Position numbers and translations under genes: made by a program. This document shows, piece after piece, positions 43,530 through 52,205 of a stretch of DNA of 55,476 nt. Source of the DNA: an uncultured Ruminococcus sp. Its GTDB lineage: Bacteria; Bacillota; Clostridia; Oscillospirales; Acutalibacteraceae. Under the pieces are notes generated by a model, which saw nothing but the letters and a program-made list of their open reading frames with translations, searched no databases and had not been told where the DNA came from. The stretch is taken from NCBI GenBank assembly GCA_902762395.1, contig CACWOA010000001.1:1-55476 (forward strand), written 5' to 3'. How positions within the stretch are numbered: the stretch's first letter is position 1; each line of letters opens with the position of its first letter.

Positions 43530-43818
43530 TTTCATCCTTCTCCTCACTTTCATAGGGTGCGTCGCCCGCGACAGCGCCGTCCCCGCGGTTTTCCAACCGG
43601 CTGGCAATGTGCCGCGGCTGGATGGCCGAGAGAATGATGTGGTCGCTGTCGGTCACGATGACCGCTTTGGTGCGCCGCCCGAAGGTGGCGTCGATGGCGT
43701 TGCCCCGCTCCTTCGCGTCCTGCACCATGCGCTTGATGGGCGCGGAATCGGGACTCACAATCGCTATGATATGGCTGACGGCCACCATGTTGCCGTAACC
43801 CACATTGATTAATTTCAT
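43516..43818 (-). CDS. remA: RemA/YlzA (DUF370) regulator
   Basis: [39 protein letters not shown] is the characteristic RemA N-terminus. It sits between yloC and gmk, as in B. subtilis. Confidence 0.88.
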   Translation of the reverse strand: MKLINVGYGNMVAVSHIIAIVSPDSAPIKRMVQDAKERGNAIDATFGRRTKAVIVTDSDHIILSAIQPRHIASRLENRGDGAVAGDAPYESEEKDENEQQ

Positions 43819-43853
43819 GCGGCGCTCCTCCGATTTATTCGTCTTAATTCATA

Positions 43854-44732
43854 TCATTCGATATTCTGCACCTGTTCGCGAATCTTTTCGATTTCCGCCT
43901 TGACCGCCACCACGGTATGCGCGATTTCGGAATTCTGCGCTTTGGAGCCGATGGTGTTCGCCTCGCGGTTCATCTCCTGCACGATGAAGTCGAGCTTTCT
44001 GCCCACCGCCTCGCCGGAATCGAGCATTTGTCTCACCTGCCCGATATGGCTTCTCAGGCGGACGGTTTCCTCATCCACCGCGATTTTGTCGGCAAAGATA
44101 GCGATTTCGGTCAGCAGACGCTGCTCGTCGATGGCGGCGTCGCCTTTGAGTTCCTCGATTTTCGCCCGCAGCCGTTCCTTATAGGCTTCCAAGGTCTGCG
44201 GGGAGAGCCGCTCGATCTGCTCCACCAATTGCAAGATCGTGTCCACCCGTCCAAGAATATCCTCCCGCAGCTTCTGCCCCTCGGTCTCCCGCATGGTCAG
44301 AAAGCCTGCCACGGCTTCTTCCAGCACGGTCAGCACGTCGGCGCGCACTTCGTCCTCGTCCTGCTCCGGCTTTTTCACCGTGAAAATATCGGTATATCGC
44401 GCTACCGTACTCACCGAAATATCGTCGATCAGCCCGAATTTCTCGCCCAGTTCCCGCAAGGCTTTGACATACCCTGCCGCGAGCGATTCATTCAGCTCCA
44501 CCTGCGCGGGCGTATCTCCCGCATTGAGAATCGTCACATACACGTCGATTTTGCCCCGCGCCACCCGCTCTTTGACAAAACCGCGCACCGCTTCCTCCAC
44601 AAACGAACAGCCGCGAGGGGTTTTGACGGAAAAGTCGAAAAACTTGTGATTGACCGACCTGATTTCCACCGTGATATCCCTGCCGTGAATCGTCTTCTGC
44701 GCGTGACCACAGCCCGTCATGCTTTTTATCAT
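43854..44732 (-). CDS. YicC/YloC-family endoribonuclease
   Basis: The N-terminus is MIKSMTGCG. The C-terminal DUF1732 pattern is EMNREANTIGSKA....I....V..K.EIEKIREQVQNIE. Confidence 0.88.
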   Translation of the reverse strand: MIKSMTGCGHAQKTIHGRDITVEIRSVNHKFFDFSVKTPRGCSFVEEAVRGFVKERVARGKIDVYVTILNAGDTPAQVELNESLAAGYVKALRELGEKFGLIDDISVSTVARYTDIFTVKKPEQDEDEVRADVLTVLEEAVAGFLTMRETEGQKLREDILGRVDTILQLVEQIERLSPQTLEAYKERLRAKIEELKGDAAIDEQRLLTEIAIFADKIAVDEETVRLRSHIGQVRQMLDSGEAVGRKLDFIVQEMNREANTIGSKAQNSEIAHTVVAVKAEIEKIREQVQNIE

Positions 44733-44790
44733 GCCATTCGTCCTTTCTTCGGATGTTCTATGCGGAAAACCACATAGTTCTGTAAAGTAT

Positions 44791-44820
44791 ATTATAGCAG
44801 TTTTTGCCCCTTGTTGTCAA
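44791..44820 (-). promoter_or_regulatory. Sigma-A promoter ahead of the yloC-to-spoVM gene string
   Basis: On the minus strand it reads TTGACA, an 18-nt spacer, then TATAAT. Confidence 0.6.
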
Positions 44821-44889
44821 TACTTACCTTCGCAAGTTCACCGAAATGTCCGCAAACGCCGCAAAGCCGGAAAGGAGGGGGAAAGCAAG

Positions 44890-44947
44890 AAAAAAACACA
44901 ATCCCGGAGATGCCACGCCGTCGGGAATGGGGCTATCCGGGATTGTC
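44890..44947 (-). terminator. Rho-independent terminator of the TIR gene
   Basis: On the minus strand, the stem acaatcccgga / tccgggattgt has a structured loop and is followed by gttttttt. Confidence 0.7.
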
Positions 44948-45060
44948 TGAAAATTTTCGCGCCGCTTCGCGGCGGAAGGGATGATAGATGCGCCTGCGGC
45001 GCATTGGATTAGGCGCTATCGCGCCATGATTAGATGATTAAAAGATTTGACGATAACAGG

Positions 45061-46557
45061 TCACAGATTCAGCCAGAAAGCCGGGCGAACAGCGCAGAAG
45101 TTGTCATCGACACTGTCGCCGTCCTGATCGACGTAGCCACCCGTATCCACGTCCGCGGCGTCACTACCACTGAGGCCGGGCGAGCGAAGCCACCACCAGC
45201 CAGAGCGATCCCTGAAATCGCGACCTTTTGCATGAGCGTAATCGGTTGTATAGGCTTTTCCGTCGGAATAGGACGAGAAATATGTTTTCGCTTCCTCTAT
45301 GCTGAGCGCAAAGATTTTGTCCTGCGTGGCGTTTCCTCCGCTTGTTCCGTATTCGGGATTATCAGGATTCTGATTGGTAACGGTCGCTATTTTTGCCTGT
45401 TCGCTCGTGCTGAACGCTTCGTTCAGAAAATCGTTGTTCATCCACTGGCGCAGCGTGCAGGTTTCCCATGTAACTAATACTCCTTCTTCATTATATGGCA
45501 CATAATCCAGCAGCTTCTCCGAAATGACAAGCGCCTTGCCATTCTTCACGGCAAGCACACGCCATCCTATCGGCTGTATCTCGCCGTCTGTCCCCTGCTT
45601 ATAATTGCCGAATGTGAAATGATCGCCGACGGAAACACTGTCAAGCTCGGAGAGTGGTTTAACACTTATTGCATTGCCTACCGCCCATATACCGCCCACA
45701 ATTGCCACGACCAGCACCAAAGCGACCGTGACGATCAACGGCGTATGTTTGAATTTGACCGATTTTGTCGCGGCGGGTTTATTGGGCGCTTGTATGGGGT
45801 TACTGTAGTTATAAACAGGCAATGCGGGATAAACAGATGCAGCGGCAGACTTTTGTGGTTTTGGCGCAGCATTGGCTACCTGAGTCGGCTGAGATGACAC
45901 CGTCGAAGCGGTCTGCCCGACCGATTGCGGCACGGGAACGGGTTCCGGCTTTGGTTTTGGTTCCGGCTTCGGCTTGAGTTCCGGCTTCGGTTCTGGTTCC
46001 GATTTAGGTTCCGGCTTCGGTTTGGGTTCCGGTTTAGGTTCGGCTTTTGCCTCGGTGGGCTGAAAGGTCGGCGACGGCGGCTGGGGCGGCATTCCCTGTA
46101 TCAGGTGAAATTCCGTTACCATTGTCTGCGTGATGCGGTCAACCGAACATCCCGCCACCTTGATGCCTTGCAGACGCGCCACGTTCCAGTACCAGATTTT
46201 CAGGTCGTCATGAACGTCCTCCGGGTGTTCATAGGGATCCAGAGCATCCAGCCACACCACATAGCGTTTTTTGCCGTACATTTTCGCCACATCAAATTCA
46301 ATGCGCACCCATGTATCATTCGCCGCAAACAGGGCTTTGGTGGCAAAGATAATAACCGCTTCACTGGCTTTGATGTTCCGGTTGATTTCTTTTTCCCACA
46401 GTTCGCCCTTTTCGATGCCGTAATCGTACCACATCGGCACACCCATTTCGTTGAGCCTGCGGGTGATAGCGCCTACCCGTTCGGCATCCTCGCTTTTGTA
46501 GCTGATAAAATACCGCTTGCCCTCCAAAACAGGCATAAATCCAAAATTGGTCGCCAC
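45061..46557 (-). CDS. TIR domain / (E/K)P repeat / TM helix / DUF6273-like ectodomain protein
   Basis: The N-terminus has KRYFISYKSED...GVPMWYDYGI..GELW...VIIFATK...WVRIEFDVA (TIR hallmarks including the conserved Glu). The repeat run is EPKPEPKPKPEPK. The TM helix is LIVTVALVLVVAIVGGIWAVG. The C-terminal pattern is WRVLAVKNGKALVISEKLL...TWETCTLRQWMN...WWWLRSPG...VRPAFWLNL. The start is GTG, 7 nt after GAGGTG. Confidence 0.8.
   Translation of the reverse strand: MATNFGFMPVLEGKRYFISYKSEDAERVGAITRRLNEMGVPMWYDYGIEKGELWEKEINRNIKASEAVIIFATKALFAANDTWVRIEFDVAKMYGKKRYVVWLDALDPYEHPEDVHDDLKIWYWNVARLQGIKVAGCSVDRITQTMVTEFHLIQGMPPQPPSPTFQPTEAKAEPKPEPKPKPEPKSEPEPKPELKPKPEPKPKPEPVPVPQSVGQTASTVSSQPTQVANAAPKPQKSAAASVYPALPVYNYSNPIQAPNKPAATKSVKFKHTPLIVTVALVLVVAIVGGIWAVGNAISVKPLSELDSVSVGDHFTFGNYKQGTDGEIQPIGWRVLAVKNGKALVISEKLLDYVPYNEEGVLVTWETCTLRQWMNNDFLNEAFSTSEQAKIATVTNQNPDNPEYGTSGGNATQDKIFALSIEEAKTYFSSYSDGKAYTTDYAHAKGRDFRDRSGWWWLRSPGLSGSDAADVDTGGYVDQDGDSVDDNFCAVRPAFWLNL
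45931..46060. repeat. Degenerate 6/12-nt tandem repeat inside the TIR gene
   Basis: On the plus strand there are repeated ggttccggcttcgg-type units. They encode the (E/K)P linker. Confidence 0.8.
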
Positions 46558-46608
46558 AAGGGTTCACCTCGTTTTCTCGTGTTTTCGTGTTTCGGACTCT
46601 TCTTTGTC

Positions 46609-46637
46609 ATTATACCATGCCTTATGACCGTTTGCAA
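46609..46637 (-). promoter_or_regulatory. Consensus extended -10 promoter of the TIR gene
   Basis: On the minus strand it reads TTGCAA, a 17-nt spacer ending in TGg, then TATAAT. Confidence 0.7.
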
Positions 46638-46675
46638 GTTGATTTTTGTATCATTTCGGGATATTCCCACACAAA

Positions 46676-47260
46676 TCAAGCGCCTGTCGCTCTGTGAATG
46701 GGAACCGTTGGGGACACACACAGAAAAAGCCCACAGCGCATTGGCGCAGTGAGCCTTTTCCGAAAGAGAGGATTAAATGAATATGAAAAAGAGGGATAGT
46801 CATGAAAAAAAAGAGAGGGAAAGAACTGCGCGACAACCGCCGCGACAAGAAATACGCCGCCCGCTATCCAATAATACAGGCTGTAGTCCGACACTCTGCC
46901 GGAAATTTCAATGATGCCCGTGATAAGACATCCGCTGACCAGCACCGCTATGCCGGAATTCCACAGGTTAAAGGCCACGCGGGACAAGCCGCTCAGTAGA
47001 TCGGAAGTCGCCAGCAGCGCGAAAGGAAGCACGCCGCCTATCAGGGGAACCAGAAACATCCGCCGCATTGCGTCAGAATGTTCGCCGAAGCTGAACTGTT
47101 CATAAATCAGGCAGAACACCACGCAGAAGACCGCGATACCCGCGTAAACGCCTGTGATTTTGGCGCACCACCGATGGAATGTCCGCCCCGTCCGCTGTGC
47201 CGTTCTCTGCGCCGCCCACTGTCCGGTGGTCGCCGGACGCTGCCGGGGAACCGCGTTCAT
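46676..47260 (-). CDS. Hypothetical polytopic membrane protein
   Basis: It has four or five hydrophobic helices. The ATG at 47260 lies 2 nt after the upstream stop, and the track start at 47284 is TTG. I recognise no family, and the C-terminal tail may be over-extended. Confidence 0.5.
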   Translation of the reverse strand: MNAVPRQRPATTGQWAAQRTAQRTGRTFHRWCAKITGVYAGIAVFCVVFCLIYEQFSFGEHSDAMRRMFLVPLIGGVLPFALLATSDLLSGLSRVAFNLWNSGIAVLVSGCLITGIIEISGRVSDYSLYYWIAGGVFLVAAVVAQFFPSLFFHDYPSFSYSFNPLFRKRLTAPMRCGLFLCVSPTVPIHRATGA

Positions 47261-47264
47261 TTGA

Positions 47265-48215
47265 TTAATACCCGATGTATACAATGTCGCTCACTGTCCT
47301 TTCCGAAATTCTGTTGCCGTTTGTGGTGGGATTGTTGACCACTTCGCCGTTGAAAACCATCGTGGACGAACCGCCGCCGTCCAGATTGTACGCCGTGACA
47401 CAGCCGTACTGCTGCATGACCTGCGCGAGCTGATAGAGCGAAAGCCCCTCGCTCTGGTTGGTTCTGCCGTCGGACACCACAATGATATAATGCAGATCGT
47501 CTATGATGCCGATTGCCGTGCGGGGATTGTTCGCCATCGCCCTGCCGACCTCCTGATTCTGTGAAACGGCAATCTGTCCGTTCTGCACCAGCGCCGGTCC
47601 AAAGGCAAACAGATTGACCACGCCGCTGTCGAGAAGCTGCTGCGCCGTGACCTCACTCTCGTTGACGATGCCGAAGGAACCGTCGCTGTAGATCACCAGA
47701 TCGTCATAGGACGTATCCTTGCGGGCGGTATCGCGGTAAATCACGCCGTTTTTGATGACGTAACCCTGACGGCTCGCGCCGTAGTAATCGCCGTTGACCG
47801 CTAAAATCGCGTTGTGTGCCGCCGCCATTTCGGAGGTCTTCTGCGTCACATTGGTGCCGAAGGTATTGCTGGCGAGCGCCGTTTTGAGATATTCGGCGGA
47901 GGAGAGCGTGATATCCGCCACATACACATCCGTGTCGGCATAGCGCACGGTGATAAGGGTTATCTGGATATTCTCGTCCGTGTAGGAATTGTCCGTGACC
48001 ACGGGATCGCCCTTTGTCACGGCTGTCGTTCCCGAATAGCCGGAGTGACCGGATGAGCCGGAAGAATCATCCGACACTTCCGTGACATACCCCTGCACCG
48101 TGGGGATGACATAGGTTTTCAGCAGCACAAATGTGTTGACCGAAGCCAGCGTGACCGAAAACACAGCCGCGTAGGCGAAAGGCTTTTGCAAAAATCGAAG
48201 CATAAGCAGATACAC
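47265..48215 (-). CDS. Phosphodiester glycosidase (NAGPA/DUF2233) family protein, membrane-anchored
   Basis: It has an N-terminal TM helix. The C-terminal patterns INGDYY, PRTAIG and AYNLDGGGSSTMVF are typical of the family. The start is GTG at 48215 or ATG at 48203. Confidence 0.78.
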   Translation of the reverse strand: MYLLMLRFLQKPFAYAAVFSVTLASVNTFVLLKTYVIPTVQGYVTEVSDDSSGSSGHSGYSGTTAVTKGDPVVTDNSYTDENIQITLITVRYADTDVYVADITLSSAEYLKTALASNTFGTNVTQKTSEMAAAHNAILAVNGDYYGASRQGYVIKNGVIYRDTARKDTSYDDLVIYSDGSFGIVNESEVTAQQLLDSGVVNLFAFGPALVQNGQIAVSQNQEVGRAMANNPRTAIGIIDDLHYIIVVSDGRTNQSEGLSLYQLAQVMQQYGCVTAYNLDGGGSSTMVFNGEVVNNPTTNGNRISERTVSDIVYIGY

Positions 48216-48366
48216 CCTTTTCTTAAAGGAAATAACCGGAAAGCGTCCGCCTCGCAGGCGTTTGTTTTCCTTTGATGCTTCTATTCTATGCGCCCCGGCT
48301 TAAATAAACTTAAAAGAAACCGAAGTTTTTTTGGAAAAAATGAAAAAACGGAAAAAATACATCGGG

Positions 48367-49746
48367 TCAGCGCCGGTTTTTCTTCTTACGGAAAAGCAGA
48401 ATGACCCCCGCTGCCGCCGCCAGCAATAAAGCCGAACTGCCGCCTATGGCAGCCGTTTTTTTATTCCAGCCGAAAAGCCCCTTGGCGTCGGACGGACTCA
48501 CCGCGTCAGACGCGCTCACGCCGTCGGACGTCACCCGTTCCTCCGTCACTTCGCCGCATACGGTGCAAACGCGCTGCTCGATGCTGCCCCCCGTTTCGCT
48601 CACGCGGTCGGTCGCTTCCCACGCGCCGGGCGTATGCTGCGGCGGGGTGTAGCTGTCCGTCCAGTGATAGCCGCATCCCTCGCAGGTATGCACCGTGTAC
48701 CCCCAGTCGGCGCAGCCGGAAGGCGTGACCGTTTCGGTGTAGCGCGGCGCTTCGCACGTTTCGGGCAGCAGCACCTTGGTATAATTGAAAGTCTCGTCGC
48801 GCTTGAATTTCGCCTTGTTGTCGGTGTAAGTGCGGCAGCCGGACAGTCTTTCTCCGATAATGCCGGTGCAATACGCTCTGCGGTCCTTATTGTGTTCAAA
48901 AAAGTGAATCTGCCCCTGCACGCGATTGCCTGTGACATCCTTGTGGGAATATTTCAGACCGCAGTGATAAAACATACCCACCACGCCGCCGTTGTGGACA
49001 TAGCCGTGACAGGAGTCATAGCCGTCAATCGTCACGCTGCAATCGCGGATGGTCGCCATGCCGCAGGACAGCACGCCTCCCATGAACTGTTCACAGTGTC
49101 CGTTGCGGTAGCGATCTTCAAAAACCAGCTCCACATCGGCGCTGCACTTGTCAAAAACGCCCCAGCCATAGCCCGCCAGACCTGCCACGCCCGCGTTGAT
49201 GCCGTGATTGATCATATGCACCCTGCCCTGCACGCTGCAATTGGTGAAGGTGCTGTCATCCGTGCTTCCCGTCAAAATCGCCGCAAAGCAATGGGTATCG
49301 CTTTCCATGGAAATCTCCGCGCCGACAATGTTCAGATTCTTGACGGAGGCTTTCTCCACCGCCGAAAAAAGCCCGGCAAATTCCGTTTTATACACTTTCA
49401 GATTACCGTCTTTGGTGGTTCCCGTCTGGGTTCCCGCCTTGGTGACGCGCAGATTATAGAGCGTATGCCCTGCCCCGTCAAGGGTGCCTTTAAAGACGAG
49501 CGGCTGCCAGTCAATCCCGCCCAGGTCAATATCCGCCGTCAGGCGGTACGCGCCCTCCGGCGCGTCCGCTATGGCAAGCAGCCCCCGCGCATCGCTGATT
49601 TCGACAGCCTCCTGCGCCGCCGCTTCCGCCGCGGAAACAGCCCCTTCTCCGGAAGCATACACAACGGTCGGCGCTGCGCAAACCGCCGCCGCTGCCATCC
49701 ATAAGGCAAGGGCAAGCGCCGCTGTCTTGGAACCATTCTTTTTCAT
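48367..49746 (-). CDS. Secreted, C-terminally anchored protein with GLUG-like beta-helix repeats and a Cys-rich module
   Basis: It has a signal peptide and repeated AGLxG/GGVVG ... NC/DCSV units. The C-terminal module CEGCGYHW...CTVCG is followed by a TM helix and a KKKNRR tail. The family call is tentative. Confidence 0.6.
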   Translation of the reverse strand: MKKNGSKTAALALALWMAAAAVCAAPTVVYASGEGAVSAAEAAAQEAVEISDARGLLAIADAPEGAYRLTADIDLGGIDWQPLVFKGTLDGAGHTLYNLRVTKAGTQTGTTKDGNLKVYKTEFAGLFSAVEKASVKNLNIVGAEISMESDTHCFAAILTGSTDDSTFTNCSVQGRVHMINHGINAGVAGLAGYGWGVFDKCSADVELVFEDRYRNGHCEQFMGGVLSCGMATIRDCSVTIDGYDSCHGYVHNGGVVGMFYHCGLKYSHKDVTGNRVQGQIHFFEHNKDRRAYCTGIIGERLSGCRTYTDNKAKFKRDETFNYTKVLLPETCEAPRYTETVTPSGCADWGYTVHTCEGCGYHWTDSYTPPQHTPGAWEATDRVSETGGSIEQRVCTVCGEVTEERVTSDGVSASDAVSPSDAKGLFGWNKKTAAIGGSSALLLAAAAGVILLFRKKKNRR

Positions 49747-49877
49747 TTCATTATCCTTCTTCTTTGCAGATTCATCACAGGCGGTCGTGAATCTTTTCTA
49801 TCACAGGCAGTCTGCATATGTTTTTTCATATTATAGTATGAAATGCGTTTGTTGTCAACTTTTTCTCACGCGGATGA

Positions 49878-49906
49878 TTTACAAAATCAAATCCGTATGT
49901 TATAAT
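49878..49906 (+). promoter_or_regulatory. Sigma-A promoter of leuCD
   Basis: TTTACA, a 17-nt spacer, then TATAAT. Confidence 0.6.
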
Positions 49907-49943
49907 GATAGGAAACAACTATTGACAAGGAGGAATACTCATC

Positions 49944-51212
49944 ATGGGTATGACTATGACGCAAAAAATCCTCGCCGCTCACGCGGGACTGGACAGCGTT
50001 GTCGCAGGGCAGCTCATCGAAGCAAAGCTCGATCTGGTACTGGGCAACGACATCACCTCCCCCGTCGCCATCAACGAGCTGGAAAAGGCGGGCGTGGACA
50101 AAATCTTTGACAGAGAAAGAATTGCCCTTGTAATGGATCATTTCACTCCCAACAAGGACATCAAGGCAGCGCAGCAGGTCAAGAAAGTGCGCACCTTCGC
50201 ACAGAAGTACGACGTGCTCAACTACTTCGACGTGGGGCAAATGGGCATCGAACACGCCCTCCTGCCCGAACAGGGTCTGGTCGGTCCCGGCGACTGCGTG
50301 ATCGGCGCGGACAGCCACACCTGCACCTACGGCGCGCTCGGCGCGTTCAGCACAGGCGTCGGCTCCACCGATATGGCGGCGGGCATGGCCACCGGCAAGA
50401 CCTGGTTCAAGGTACCGGCCGCGATAAAATTTGTCCTCACGGGTGAGCCGCAGGGATGGGTCACGGGCAAGGACGTAATTCTTCACATTATCGGCATGAT
50501 CGGCGTGGACGGCGCACGCTATAAATCCATGGAATTCACCGGCGACGGCGTAAAGCACCTCTCGATGGATTCCCGTCTCTGCATCGCCAACATGGCGATT
50601 GAAGCGGGCGCGAAAAACGGTATCTTCCCCGTGGACGAGATTACCGAGGAATACTGCAAGGATCGATTCCAGCGTACCCCCGTGGTCTACACCGCCGACG
50701 AGGACGCGGTCTATGACGAAACCTACACCATCGACCTTTCCGCCCTCCGTCCCACCGTCGCCTTCCCCCACCTGCCCGAAAACACCAGAACCGTGGACGA
50801 AATCGGCGCGCAGGAGGTCAAAATCGACCAGAGCGTCATCGGCAGCTGCACCAACGGCCGCCTCGAAGACCTCCGTGCTGCCGCCGCCATTCTCAAAGGG
50901 CGCAAGGTCGCCAAAAATGTGCGCTGCATTGTCTTCCCCGGCACCCAGACCATCTATCTGCAGGCGCTGCGCGAAGGTCTGCTCGAGATCTTTGTGGAAG
51001 CGGGCGCTGTCGTCTCCACGCCCACCTGCGGTCCCTGCCTCGGCGGTCATATGGGCATTCTCGCGGAACATGAGAAAGCCGTCAGCACCACCAACCGCAA
51101 CTTCATCGGCAGAATGGGTCACATCACCAGCGAAATCTACCTTGCCAGCCCCGCCGTTGCCGCTGCCAGCGCCGTCACCGGCTACATCACCGACCCAGGA
51201 GCGCTGCGCTAA
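49944..51212 (+). CDS. leuC: 3-isopropylmalate (or related 2-alkylmalate) dehydratase large subunit
   Basis: It is a short-type aconitase-family large subunit. The Fe-S Cys contexts are GSCTNGR and PTCGPCLG, and the N-terminus is MTMTQKILA. The substrate cannot be fixed from sequence. Confidence 0.88.
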   Translation: MGMTMTQKILAAHAGLDSVVAGQLIEAKLDLVLGNDITSPVAINELEKAGVDKIFDRERIALVMDHFTPNKDIKAAQQVKKVRTFAQKYDVLNYFDVGQMGIEHALLPEQGLVGPGDCVIGADSHTCTYGALGAFSTGVGSTDMAAGMATGKTWFKVPAAIKFVLTGEPQGWVTGKDVILHIIGMIGVDGARYKSMEFTGDGVKHLSMDSRLCIANMAIEAGAKNGIFPVDEITEEYCKDRFQRTPVVYTADEDAVYDETYTIDLSALRPTVAFPHLPENTRTVDEIGAQEVKIDQSVIGSCTNGRLEDLRAAAAILKGRKVAKNVRCIVFPGTQTIYLQALREGLLEIFVEAGAVVSTPTCGPCLGGHMGILAEHEKAVSTTNRNFIGRMGHITSEIYLASPAVAAASAVTGYITDPGALR

Positions 51213-51321
51213 AATAATAGAGAATAAATAATAGATAATAGAGAATAGTGTCGGAAGCGCTGCGCGCTTACAATATATACGCGCTCGCTTTCGCTCGCTT
51301 TGAAAGGAGACCTGAAACCAT

Positions 51322-51813
51322 ATGCAGGCACAAGGTAAAGTACACAAGTACGGCGACAACGTCGATACCGACGTCATCATTCCCGCCCGCTATCTGAATA
51401 CATCCTCCCACGCGGAGCTGGCGGCTCACTGCATGGAGGATATCGACGCGGATTTCGTAAATAAGGTCAAGGAGGGCGAAATCATGGTCGCGGGCAAGAA
51501 TTTCGGCTGCGGCTCCTCCCGCGAACACGCCCCCATCGCCATCAAGGCTTCCGGCATTTCCTGTGTCATCGCCTCCACTTTTGCGCGTATCTTCTACCGC
51601 AACGCCCTCAACATCGGTCTGGCAATCCTCGAATGTGACGAGGCGGCGACCGACATCAAGGACGGCGACGAAGTCAAGGTGGATTTTGACACGGGCGCCA
51701 TCACCAATCTCACCACCGGCAAGACCTATCAGGCACAGCCCTTCCCGCCCTTTATCCAGAATATCATCACCAAGGGCGGTCTGCTCAATTCCATCAGGGA
51801 CAGACTGGCATAA
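51322..51813 (+). CDS. leuD: 3-isopropylmalate (or related) dehydratase small subunit
   Basis: It has [12 protein letters not shown] and YRNALNIGL. It is 163 aa. The RBS is AAAGGAG. Confidence 0.88.
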   Translation: MQAQGKVHKYGDNVDTDVIIPARYLNTSSHAELAAHCMEDIDADFVNKVKEGEIMVAGKNFGCGSSREHAPIAIKASGISCVIASTFARIFYRNALNIGLAILECDEAATDIKDGDEVKVDFDTGAITNLTTGKTYQAQPFPPFIQNIITKGGLLNSIRDRLA

Positions 51814-51830
51814 TCTCTGTGGTTCCTCTC

Positions 51831-51881
51831 CGCGCGGATGCTTCGGAAACGGTAAGATTTCCGGGGTATCCGCGTTTTTTT
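51831..51881 (+). terminator. Rho-independent terminator after leuD
   Basis: The stem gcgcggat / atccgcg is followed by ttttttt. Confidence 0.7.
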
Positions 51882-52087
51882 GATGCCTGCATTTATTCCG
51901 CACTTTTTGTCAATCCAACACAGAAAAAATATGCTATCATATAGACATCCAAGAGGAGTGATGCATATGAAATAGAAAACCATGCGAAAAAGTCAGCGCT
52001 TGTGTGAGAGGAAGACACAAATCACACAGGCTAAACAGGTCACATAATGTACACAGATATTTAAGAAATATCAACAAAAAAATCATA

Positions 52088-52116
52088 TTTACAACACAAA
52101 GAAGAAAGCGTATAAT
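52088..52116 (+). promoter_or_regulatory. Sigma-A promoter of the surface-protein gene
   Basis: TTTACA, a 17-nt spacer, then TATAAT. Confidence 0.55.
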
Positions 52117-52205
52117 ATTTGATGCAGGCAAATGCAAAAAAGTGTAGGAAGCTTGGAAGATTTCAGATATTATGCATTTTCTATCAAGAAAGGACGTTTG
52201 ATTCT

